Assembly: GCA_010015585.1 (NCBI GenBank)
Contig: ML975186.1
Source: Eremomyces bilateralis CBS 781.70
Taxonomy: Eukaryota
Length of the DNA stretch: 64,000 bases
Strand: one strand, 5' to 3'
The notes beneath the pieces were generated by a model. The model worked only from the letters and a program-made list of their open reading frames with translations. It ran no database searches and had not been told where the DNA came from. Shown here one piece after another: positions 1 to 11,500 of the stretch. Positions within the stretch are counted from its first letter, which is position 1. The number at the start of each line of letters is the position of its first letter. A program made the position numbers and the translations under genes.

Positions 1-303
1 AACATAGCCAAAATCAAGATCGGACGGTAGAAGCTTTAGATTCCTTCTTCAATTTTCCAATGCACCCTTGGTAGTAAAGCTGAATTGCGGTACTATAACT
101 GTGTATAGATTTGCAGCTAGTTCCTTGTGACTGGATGAGCAGGGCCATTTGTGCCTAAAGCAAGCGGAGCTGCGGAGGTAACATCCTCGCGGGCGACAGC
201 TGGTGTCACAGGAAAATTACCTTAGCTATATCTGCCCTTCTACTAGCCTCCTAGTAGGGGCGTCCCTTTTTGGGGATTTAGCTTAGTTGGTTACATTTGA
301 CAG

Positions 304-335
304 CTGGCGGTTCCAAAATCTGGCGGTTGCAAAAT
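304..335 (+). repeat. 16-nt tandem direct repeat (CTGGCGGTTSCAAAAT x2) just upstream of a transposase remnant; possible subterminal repeat
   Basis: ctggcggttccaaaat at 304-319 and ctggcggttgcaaaat at 320-335 (1 mismatch). Confidence 0.7.
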
Positions 336-339
336 GTGA

Positions 340-1384
340 GAGAACGCTTGGCGTAGAAGACACGAAACGCGCTCAATGCATGATACTTCCTCCTAGGTTG
401 GTCACCACAAGCTATTGCAGCGGAAATCGGCCTAGGGGTTTCTATTATCTACCGCTATCGTGCACATCTTATTAGATATAGCCCTCTTCGTGCTTAATAC
501 CGCCGGAAACGGGGCCATCCTTGTTCATTATCGCAAGCAGACGAAGACGCGCTCTTCGAGAAGCTACTCTAGGAAGGGTAGCTATATCTTAATAAACTTA
601 TATTCTGGTTAGATATGGAAAGGGGCGTACACATTAGTGAGTCTACGGTATGTCGCGTGATTAATCGGAGACACTGGTCACAAAAAATTACGAAGTAGAT
701 CTCGCGGAACCAGTCCTAAGAGATGCGGGAAGCGTATTAGGCAGAACTTCGTCAGTTTAACACCGATGATACGGTCTTTCTTGACGAGTCGATATTAAAT
801 GAGAAGACAGGCTGGAGATACCGTTATTATTCGCCCATTGGGTCTGAATCCCGCGGTTTCAGGCGCATAGATCGGGCAAGACTTGGGCTGCTATCGAGGT
901 ATATACGATCAGAGGCTTAATTGCCTATGGTGTACGCCAAGGCTACTACAGTCGAGAGCATTTGATTGAGTGGCTACAGGACGCCCTGCTTCCGTCTTTG
1001 GCTAGAGACTCTCCTCGTCCACGTGTTATCATACTTAATAACTGTTCGACGCATGTTTCAGAGGATGTTATAAGGCTTCTCGAGGAAGCAGGATGTCTTG
1101 TACGTTTTACGCCGCCCTACTCTCTAGACTACAACCCCATCGAGATGGTCGGGTCAGTCCTTAAAGCTTGGATCAGACGTAATCACGTCTATACGCGCCA
1201 TCTATGTGGCAACTTTGGCGAGTTCCTCAACTTTGCTATTACGCGCAGTCAATGTGATCCTTTTGAGCTTAAGCATTTTGAAAACGTAGACCATGGGATC
1301 TATATCTCTGACCAGCGATATAATGAGCTTCGTGTACAACTCCGTGGGTTTGAAAATGGGAGGATAGGTCATCCGGCTAGTTAG
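340..1384 (+). mobile_element. Degenerate Tc1/mariner (IS630-like) DDE transposase
   Basis: Manual translation through stops and frameshifts gives an HTH-type region (LGWSPQAIAAEIG...SLSQADEDALFEKLL*...WLDMERGVHISESTVCRVINRRHWSQK), a first-D motif VFLDESILNEKTGWR, then VIILNNCSTH and FTPPYSLDYNPIE (ORF 962-1384). Multiple TAG/TAA stops and TpA enrichment. Confidence 0.85.
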
Positions 1385-1667
1385 TACGCGAACAGTAACA
1401 ACAATCTTCTCGTATCTCCAGTTTTCGTCCTTTAGAGGGCTACCTAGGTTCACTGGTACCTCGTCCTCTACGACTGTGATCTCAAAATTGTTACGCCTCA
1501 TTGTATCCAGGGTGGCATCGTAGTGGCGCCTGCCGTTAACATGGACTCGAAGCTGGATACGAATCTTGTAATCGGGAATCCTTTCGGCGTGAAACGTGTC
1601 TATGGCGGTATAAAGCTGTTGCCGTGCAGTTGGCTGCGTAGGAGAGTTCCTGGTCCCAGGATATGGC

Positions 1668-1940
1668 TCATCGTGAAGGAATGGAAGGCTCAAAACGGTC
1701 TGAAACACTACTTCAATTGCGCCTCATCTCCTGATCTCGCGATCATCGAGAACTGTTTCCAAGCGATGAAGCAACACGTACGTAAATATACCCATTGGGA
1801 CCCCGACGAGACGCAATAGCTTCTAAAAGAGGGATGGGACGGTATTAAGCAGGAATGTATCAATTCCCGCGTTGATTCTATGCCTGAAAGGCTTCAGGCC
1901 GTTATAGACGTAGAGGGACAGCTGATTGGAGATTTTAAGG
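1668..1940 (+). mobile_element. C-terminal fragment of a second, different Tc1-like transposase
   Basis: IVKEWKAQNGLKHYFNCASSPDLAIIENCFQAMKQHVRK...W...*LLKEGWDGIKQECINSRVDSMPERLQAVIDVEG. Shows the SPDLxxIEN and SMPxRLQAVI hallmarks of Tc1 C-termini, with one in-frame TAG. Confidence 0.85.
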
Positions 1941-2721
1941 CGAAAACTTAGAATCTATTAGATATAGAATTTTTAAGCGTTCCAAATAGCATCATTTATA
2001 TTTAACAGTGTTTGAACGGATGTTGGTTGAGATATTTGCGTTGAAACTATCAATATATGCCGTTTTGTATGGTGATGCGGACCCTGTCAAAGTGGTGGGA
2101 CGCGAAATCTGTCGCCCGCGAGCATCAAACTGGGAGAATCGACTTATATTGCAAGACTGGAAACTGGAAATACCCAATATATAATCGTGTTCGATCTGAG
2201 TCGTAGATCGAAAACTAACCAAAGCTAAATATGTTTCAAGAATTCAGGTGGTGGACAACGCAAATATGACATGAAGTTGAACGATTTCCATGAACTTGGG
2301 GCTAACTGACGCTATCCATACTCGGATGGGATGCCTGCAATATCCGGTTCGGCCCGTCCCGTTCACTGGCCAGAATCCGCCTTATGCAATTTTAACTTCA
2401 ACTATAGTTAGTTACTGCAACAGCCTCTTCGTCAATTGCCTACCGACAACCCCTTCGCCTACATGAATTGATAACATTCAAACCACCCGACTACAGGGGC
2501 TCCACAATGCATGCCAGGAGCTGGAGCTGAAGCTGAAGCGTACGCGCCTCCACCCACTCGACAGGCGCTTGTTGTCACAGAATATCTGTGTTTTAAGAAT
2601 CTAGAAATGAGGCGATTGCAAATACGATAGGAAGTGGTTTTGTACTCCGATAACATTATAGCGTTTACGGTATGCCTGGGAATTGATATTTCATAATTGC
2701 AGTGGTAGACCTGCAACCGGC

Positions 2722-2817
2722 TCGTGGCCATGCGATGCCGAGCGTCCATCATCGCCCTTCATCGGTGAAATATACACGATGAACCGATCATGGATGCTCG
2801 GCATCGCATGGCCACGA
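2722..2817. repeat. Near-perfect inverted repeat / long hairpin
   Basis: 2722-2754 is the reverse complement of 2785-2817 at 31 of 33 positions. Inner ttcatcg (2758-2764) pairs with cgatgaa (2777-2783). Confidence 0.92.
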
Positions 2818-2993
2818 CCGGAATCTGCAAAGGGCATACTTCCACCCGTATTGCTGGTGTGTATATACCTTACACTCGCACCCGTCTGCCACGAATTGGA
2901 GTGCTACGCTTTTGTAGGCTTTGGCTGCGAGTTTCTCGCCACTGGAGCAACTGAGTTAGTACGATAGGTAGCGTTAGGAGCAGGGGTGTTTAC
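2788..2993 (-). pseudogene. Degenerate paralogue of the 3371-4114 gene (C-terminal Cys-rich, Zn2Cys6-like motif)
   Basis: Minus-strand VADGCECKVYTHQQYGWKYALCRFRSWPCDAEHP* aligns with the end of 3371-4114 and stops at the same position. A GTAAAC...CTAAC...CAG intron lies at ~2951-2993. Confidence 0.65.
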
Positions 2994-3370
2994 CTTGCCC
3001 TGCGTTAACTAACTTAGGCAATTATATTTTATTACATGATTCGAAGCTCGTTGAAGAGATGATGATCAAGTTAGACCCGATTCAGAGGCTAAAAAGCAAT
3101 TGAGGATAAACCAAGTTAAAGAATACAGGAATTGGCCAATTATAAACAGGATCGGAGCTACTTTTGATACTCTAACAAAATAGTGCGAACTGCAGTTACG
3201 GTTGGATGCATTATGCATCATAATTCAATACCCATTTAAACATTAATATTTTTAAATATGCGGTATTTTGGTAAGGCCCGCGGGACGGGCCGAGCTGAGC
3301 CGTTTGGATTCCCTGTCTCCCCTCCTTTACTCTTCGTCGTCCTTCCTTCATGAGATACGCGAGAAACCGG

Positions 3371-4114
3371 TCACGGCCGCTCGGCATCGCATGGCCATGG
3401 CCGGAACCTGTAGCGCGTATACTTCCACCCATGCTGTCCATCTGCATACACCTTGTACGCTCGACCATCGGACACGCATTTCGAGCAAGGCTTCGTAACC
3501 AGAACGCCAGTGGCCCACGCACCATGGGCGTGGTGAACGTGGCTCTGCCAGCCACAAGACTATTGGCTCCATGCTGTCAACGATGTTTCATAAGGACCAG
3601 AGGTGGAGCGAACCAACTCTTGCCCTCCGTAGTCCCCAGACCTCCGTTGTTGCTATACGGGTGGTGATTTCTTTGGCACTGCTCGAGCATTTCCCGTCGT
3701 GGTTATACTTGAGCCGGCTCCGTCTGCGGAAACAATGTTGTTCTTGCTGTTAGGCCGTCCCCTAGCTTCGTTGGCGACGTTGGCAGTTGAGACTTGATCG
3801 ACTACGTTTTTACTTCGGGGAACCGGTCCGGGGATTAATTGTCTGGACCATCGTCGTTTTCGCTCCACGATATTGGCCGCTTAAACACGGGGGGTTAGAT
3901 CCTGTAGTCCTCGTTGTTTCGGGCCCTGGGTCCGTCGTGGCCTTCCCGCAATGTCCGCCATCTCAGCTGCATTAACGATCAGCATATTATTAACTGAGGC
4001 TTAAGCAGGGAGGCTGTTACCTTCATCATTATCCAAATCCCATAGCCATGGGGCGGCAGTGATAAGGCGAATTTTGGTCCGTATTTTGGTCAGGGAATGC
4101 TCATAAGCTGCCAT
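3371..4114 (-). pseudogene. RIP-like inactivated two-exon gene with C-terminal Zn2Cys6-like (DUF3716-style) motif
   Basis: ATG at 4114, intron 3967-4020 (GTAACA...CTGAT...CAG), then one continuous frame to TGA at 3371 broken only by TAA/TAG stops. Ends ATGVLVTKPCSKCVSDGRAYKVYADGQHGWKYTRYRFRPWPCDAERP*. Confidence 0.7.
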
Positions 4115-5516
4115 GATGTATGTAGTAAAGTGGTCGAGTGTTTGTCAAAGAATCAAAGTTGATAAGAGGAAAGGTTGAGGGAGAGAGAAGCAATATAGAA
4201 GTGGTGACTTGATCTTTTGCAGTATTGCACTCAGATTTGTGATTGAATGGAAGAGTTCAGAGAGTAGGAGAAATTAAAAGGCAATAACAGACGTGGGCGA
4301 TACCGATAAGAATTCATAACACAGGTGAATCTACTGGTGAACTTACCTACTGTTTCCTACCTAGCCCCAATTGACGATCACGGGGCAAATCGATAGATTC
4401 GGGCGAATTAGCTATCACATGGACGAATTCCAAACTGCCAAAATGTTTCTTGAGTTCCATCACAAGGCTGCCGAGACGGATATACAAGGATATTAGCCTC
4501 TGGACTCTTACTACATAGCAAGCAAGACATCTAAGTTCGCCACCAGTTGCGGCTGGTGAAGAGACATGCTGGTCTTCACGTACAGCTCCTGACTACATTC
4601 TCATCTGGTTATAGTGTACATATGGTTCATTATATTTTCTGTTCGGTGTCGTAAAAGGAGTGGCGTTCCGACTGACTCGGACTGATCTTTGGCGATGTAT
4701 TAGCATTGAAAGATATTAATGAAACGGGTTCCATTACCCGATGCTGGTCACTAACCTTTATATCGTATCTCCCCAATCTGCAGATCACAACTTTTCTTGA
4801 CTTAGGCAGTTGCTAAATATCTCAGGGGTATATCAAGGTAGAAAGTGGTAGAGCAGTGTCCAGTGCGTCTTGCGTATCATTGAATTTATACAAAGCAGCA
4901 GGCCACAGATCAAAGACATGGCATTCTAAAAGTGGGAAGTTAAGGCCATTAGATTCGGTACTAAGCACGATTAGGTTGTAGTGAATGTTGAAAATGGATC
5001 CTTCAATGGGTCTTGGACAATGAGAACACAAGCTAGTAGAAAGGGTGATGATGATGTTCTAGATCGATTGTAGTCAAAGAAGGTTTCATAAGTTCCAAGG
5101 TCGAAGTGCAAGTGCTTCAGGCAAAATACTGCGTCTGTTGCAGCAGATATTCCTACGATCTTGCAGAATTCGACTGACGCTAGAACCTGGAGGAGGTGTA
5201 AAGAAGGTACACACGTGACACCCTATTCTTGGTATTCAAGGAGTTGTAAGATAAATAGTTCGAAAAAAAGTGCATGGTTGCCCGAATGCATCTTGACCAT
5301 CTGTTGCCGTTGCCGCCCTCGTTCTTAGACAATGCCTCCCGGTATGCTCATGTCACAATATGCCGAACGCCTTTAAAAACCCAAGGTAACCCTCTATAGG
5401 CGACAAATCTACTACCCAAAGAATCAGACTCCTCGAAGTCAGTCAACCGCCAATTTCCCCTGCCTGGCGGAGAAATGTAGGAAAGAAAGGGTTGAGAAGG
5501 ATGTGGTATGAGCCTT

Positions 5517-8500
5517 TTAATGTTGCAGAAATCGCTTTCCAAGTAGAAGTTTGCTCTTGCGGCGAGTGCTGGATGACGGGTCAGAATTGTTTGATTTCCT
5601 GAGGAGACAGGATGGAATGCCGTGATTGTCAACTAACCTTGCTGAATCATCCCCGGAATTGTCTTTGGATTTACCACCTAGGCCGGTGAGTCGCTTCGCA
5701 AGTGAGCTGTGGACACTTGGTGGTCTCCTGGATGACTGATTGAGTTAGCAATTGAAGACATTTATGAATTGGGTTCGATTTACCTCATCGTCTATTCCAT
5801 TTGAACCAGTAGCAACCGATTGCTCTGCCGTCACAAAATCGTGTTGAACCACTGGTGACCCTCTTGCTACCGGAGCTGTGGATGAGGAGTGAACGCTGGA
5901 AGCTAAAGAGTCCTCTTCGTTGCGATTGCTCTCTCCAGCCTGACTTTCACTGTAGCTATCGTCGGTGTCTCCGGCAAGGACATCAGAAAGGTCTCTGGTG
6001 CTAGTTGTTTCACTTGTTGCTTCACTTCGAGAAGGTGTCATGCTCAGGAGGGTGGTCGAATTCGCAATTTCCTTCAAGCGACCACCTGGGATGCCCGGCG
6101 TCTTATGTCGAGAGAACTTGTTTCCGACAATAGCGCCAACGTGCGAGATGAGCGCTCGACGGACTTCCCTCTTGAGCTGCATAGCAAGGTCGTAGTTGGA
6201 CCAGGTCTTATTGCGGTATTCCAACGTAGGAAGTCGGAAGACAAGGTTGTGGACATCTTCGAAATTGCGTTGACCTTTGCCTTTGTAGGATAGACAAAGG
6301 ACAACGCTCGGGATTTTGACATATGCGAGGGTCATGTAGTTGGATGCTCTCTTCATCATCTGGGTGATGTCGTCTGGACGTGAAGTTTTGGCGGTCGAGC
6401 GAGTACCGCCCGTCGGAGAACGATGCAAACCAAACCGCTTGCCTCGGTCCGGACGCTCGGTTAATTGGGTAGAAGATCTTTCGGAGCCATCTGGATGGCT
6501 GGGAGGGCGGGAAAGTTGCGATAGACTATCTGAGGAGAAGTCGCGGCTCGGAAGTATCGGCGTCTTGTTCCCAGCGGCATCGGATGAGTTGAACAAGTGC
6601 AGATGATACAGGTGACGGCTCTTGGGTTTACCGGATGACTTTTGTCTTCTGCTCGGGAGATCCAGTGTAGGCTGAAGGCGCAGTTCAAAGTCCTCGGTGC
6701 CTGTGTGGTGGCTAATGTCACTCCCAATCCCAGTAGATACCTCATCATCAACCTGGCCGGCGTCAACTTTCTCATCTTCTTCCTCCTGAGCGGGAAGCAT
6801 ATTTTTGACGAGAAATGGGGAGAAGCTGCCGTTTTCAAAAGCGTTAGGTCCAGCTTGCGGGAAGATGTACTCAAAGAGTTTTATTCCGACGTCCTTTTCA
6901 AGCTGCAGCTTGATGGGATGAATGTTCACCTCGAAGTTGTTCATCACTGGTATGCCGCCAATCGCTTCAAGCATATACCAATGGACACGGATCATCTTTG
7001 CCTCCCGAGAATCCGGAATACCCTTTGCGTCGTCAGAGTACGGACCGATGATTTCCGGATAGAGCGCATTGGATAGGAGATTGTATCCTCGAATTTGTGC
7101 AATCTCCATCGTATTGCGGTTGGATCCGTCGCTCTGATCCACACGATCAAAGCAAGCGCCTTGCAACTGAAGCTCAGCAAGTGACTCATCCTTACCCCTT
7201 ATCAGATGCCACTTGATCTCAGAGGCAGAGATGAGCCAACGCAACATGCCCGTCGTATCCATCGCCGACCCCTTCTCTTCGTACTTTCGCTGAGCCGTCG
7301 TGATCGCCTTCATCATGAAGAACAGGTCGTCTTCGGCGACGCTCAAGTCATGTTCAACCGCAATTCGGCCTTTCCAGCCTTGGGCATCAAGATACCTCTC
7401 GCGGACTTGGAACACTAGCTTTATCTCTTCCAGCTGGCGGATCCTCTCCTGAAGCATTTCTACCATCTCAGGCGTCCCGGACAGATCGCTGAAGTCTGAA
7501 GCCAGCATGATCTTCTCGAGTCGTTCATTTCTTGTCTTCTCCAACGGCTCGCTGTATAATAGCAAATCTAAGATGATGACGTAGAGTGCGTAATATTGCG
7601 TAGAATCGCAGGTGACACGAAGATGAGGGAATTCCACCCAGATGTGGTCCATCCGCCTCTCTCCTTTCTCCGCTTCCGGCAGAGGCTGGTCATCGTTTCC
7701 AGTTGTGACGTCATCGTTATACTTGAGACGGAGGTTGTTATACTTGTCATAGCGCATGGTCACCGACGTTCGCTGAATAACTCTCGAAAATCCGAATGGA
7801 TCGATGCTGAACTCAAACATGACTTCGAGAGGCACCCAAGGTGGCCATGCACTACCTGCGGGGGCGCCGTATCTGCTCCCAGAGTACATGTGCAACAGGT
7901 TCCGCGGAAACGTTTTTGAGTTCGTGACGAAGATTTGCACGCTGTCTGTGGCTAGAGTAAACCGTCTTTGGACCAGTCCACTAACATCGTCCGTCATTCT
8001 GTCCTTGTCCATGATTTGGATAACCTTCATCTGCATCCCTTTAGCTGTAACAAGGACGGCAGACTTGGGGTTTTTATCGCTTTGCAATTGAATTTGAGGG
8101 GCGATGAGACGGACGTGGTAGGAGTTTTGCGCAGTGAAGTCGAGAGATATGTCTTCACCAGCATCGGCGGTCCGGTTAATCCCAGACCCATCTTTTTCAT
8201 CGGGGTCGTCCGCCGTGACAAATTGTCTTGCATCATCAAGCAACTCCTGGATTCGACCCTGGATATTGGTCTCATCATCTTTTTGTGGTGTGACAGGAGC
8301 CGTTGTGGGGGTGGCAAGGGCCTCTTCAACATCTGGATGCTCGGTCTTCAGCTTGTTTTGTTCGTCCACGATGTCGAGTATGAATTTGACTGCTCTGCGG
8401 CTCATGTAATACACGAACCCGCGCCGTTGACTGGCCTCATGGATATAGCGCATGATGATGTTGCGCAGCGAATTGTTCCACTTGACTTGGGAATTGTGTA

Positions 8501-11500
8501 CGATGAATCGATTGTTAGAATCACTCAGGTAATCCGCAAGCGGTGCAGACGCCATAGCCTCTGTTTCTGCGTCAGGGTCCTCACTCTGTTCATTAGCCTC
8601 GAAGAAGATGTCATCCGCAGCCTCAGGATCTTTAGCCATGAACTCGGCATCTTTTTCCAGCCGCTCGACGAGTGTCTTCAACATCGCTTGGAGAAACGCC
8701 TTCTTTTTGCGAAGAGTATTGTCATGATCTTGGAGGACGCCGAATTGCTCTTGCAGTGGGCCGGCGTCGGAATCTACGCTTTTGACTAGATTTAGCTCGT
8801 GCTCTCCGAGCGTCCTTCGGTGTCGCATGATTTGCTCGTCGATCTGCTCTAACCGGGCTTGAATGAGATCACATTGAACTCGGCGGGGATCATTTCGGGC
8901 CGACATCACACAGTAGTGCGTATCTTCATAACCAAAGGGACTGGATCGATTCGGATCTCCGGAAATCGTCTCATTGTGGTCTGTCTGTCGGAAGTAGGTG
9001 AATCGAGGCGCAAAAGCTAATGGGAGAATCTTCGTTTCTGGATTCGACTGAGTCGGGATGGCCCAGTCCATTTCGCGGAAATCGTCCATATCAACCCATC
9101 TCAAGTCATTGTCCGGAATTGTGAACTTGGAAAGATCAATAGGAGTTTCCGAGCTTAGCCGGCCGGGGTAATCGTCTTCTGTAACGTGGAGATCATTGAT
9201 GCCTGGAGTAGTCATCGTTGCAGATACAGCCCGAATATCGGCTGCCATGAAGTCAACCTGGGCCTGGTTGATGCGGATTGCAGTCGTTTTGGACAGCTTC
9301 CCTTGGACCATTTTCCTAAACTCCTCTCGTCGTTGATGAAGATCCAACATGAAACTGTCGATTTTGACCTTCAACCCCGTAGCATTGACCTGGCCCCCTG
9401 CATTTCCTTCACTGTGCGTGTAAATGTGACTCATATACAAAGGACTCAGAAGGAGGTTATACTTGATTGTGGCAAGATGGCGCCCAAATTTCTTGCTTGG
9501 CTTGACTGGCGCGTTTGGCCAGAGTTTGCCCTGCCGGACCGGGAGAGAAAGCACACCGGAGAACATAGACCACCAACTGAAAAAGTGACTGAAAAATCTA
9601 GGAGTCAAATGCACACTATTGTAGTTGTTTGACGCCTTCAGGTTCGTCACCGTCCAGTCCCGATCTATCGGAGCGGCAACGGCGATGGACATGTGGATGT
9701 GGTGGCTCCTAAATCCCCGGTACGCATCGTAATTCAGTCCGTCTCGACTCTTCGCATACTTTGGGTGCTTCAATACAACGTCGTAGTGATGTTTGAAATC
9801 AAAAGACCGTCCGCCATGGGGCAAATTCCGCTCGAAGACAAGACCGAGCAACCAGCGAACGCTCCCAGTCAATTTCATCACGGTCTTTTGGAAAATGGGA
9901 CCGGGTTTCTTTGGATCGGAGCTGATAGGGATGGAACCATCCTGTCCCGTGATCGTATGATCTTGCGTGTGTCGAACGTATGCGCTGAAATCCGGAACGG
10001 CCAGAACGAACACTCCAGATTCCACGATCATGAATCTCCTGGGATCGTTTTCTTGCCAGATGCGCCAGGCTACGTCATTCTGCCAGCACAGAGCGAAACC
10101 GGCTCCGACCCCCGTGACTAGATAAGGATCCCTGGAGCCTTTCAAAATGAGGTGAACGTCACCATCACCCTTCCAACTGACGAGGAGCCGAGAATGAAAA
10201 CAGAGGCTCAGCTTATCCCAGAATCCCACGCGCTCAGATGGGTCGAGAGCTGGTTTAGTGAAGCCTTCAATGATTTGCATCATGTCCTGCATCGCTGGCT
10301 GATAGCTCGTGCCCCAAGCAATTCGTGTTGAGCCGCTCGTATTGATGTCGATCGAGATGTCGGAGAATGTTTTGACAGGACTGACAGTCCGAGGCACAAT
10401 GACGGAGAACCCGCCGGTTTGCTCGTCATCAGGCCCAGTTTCGGGTGGAACAACGACGACGTCCACCATTCGCTTCGATTCGATATCTCTGAACTCTTCT
10501 GCGATCACAAAGTCTGTCTTCAGTGATAAGCTTGGCAGTCTTGGGCTTTGACCCGGTCGAATTGCAGGAATATGAACCAAAGGAAGGGGGTAGTCTCGTA
10601 ACGTCATCCTGGTCTCTCCCATGCTGATATGAACGTTCATTGGAATAAGGATGCTGTACTTCATGTCTCTTGGCATGCCTTTTCCAATCCGGTTCAAAAA
10701 GCTTGGGAAATCATTAATCGGAAAGCTTGGCTTGTCGACTAGAAAGTTGAAGTCCGATATCTGGATTGTGGCGAGAGCAGGCCGCTGTGGAATGGACATG
10801 ATACACTCCCGTTGGTCCGAGTCTTCGTGGCCTTCATCAATGCCCCAGAACATGGCACGAATGTCCTTCATGCCACGATTCTGGTATTTTAAGCCCAGAT
10901 CGATTCTTGTTTTCCAGCTCCGAGCGTTCAGCAATTGAAGCGCCTCCCAGGACTGGTCGACCGTACGCTTGGCACTATCGCTAAGCCCACAAGCGCCTTC
11001 AGCTTCGTATCTTATGACGTTGGGTCCACCTATGGAAGGGCTCCGTTGTCGGCCACGTGGGCCTTCGCTTTTGCTCCTTTCATGTGTATCTGGCTTAACC
11101 TCATCGAGGCTGCCTCTTTCTGGTCTCGACTTGCGATCGTGAGTACTCTTTGCTCGGTGCTTGGCCCCGAATTTCTTGTCTGCCTCTTTCAGTTTCTTGA
11201 CTTTGATCCGGAATGCCTCTTCGCGGGTGGATCTTTGCTTCTGCTCTAGGAGTCCCATCTTATATATGACTCCGAGCTTCCATTCGAATGGGCTATCCTC
11301 AATCTCTCCTAACAAGGCTTGGGTCCGGATGTTGATTCGAGGCACTTTCTTCGGTGCCTGGGGAGGCTTGTTCAAAATATACTCGTCAGAATGTGTCGTG
11401 AACCGATGGTGAAGTTGTTGGACGGTTTTCGTGACGTTGACCAAGTTATCAAAGATTTTATGAACAACAAGTCCATGCGGAACAGCTACTCTGATGGCTT

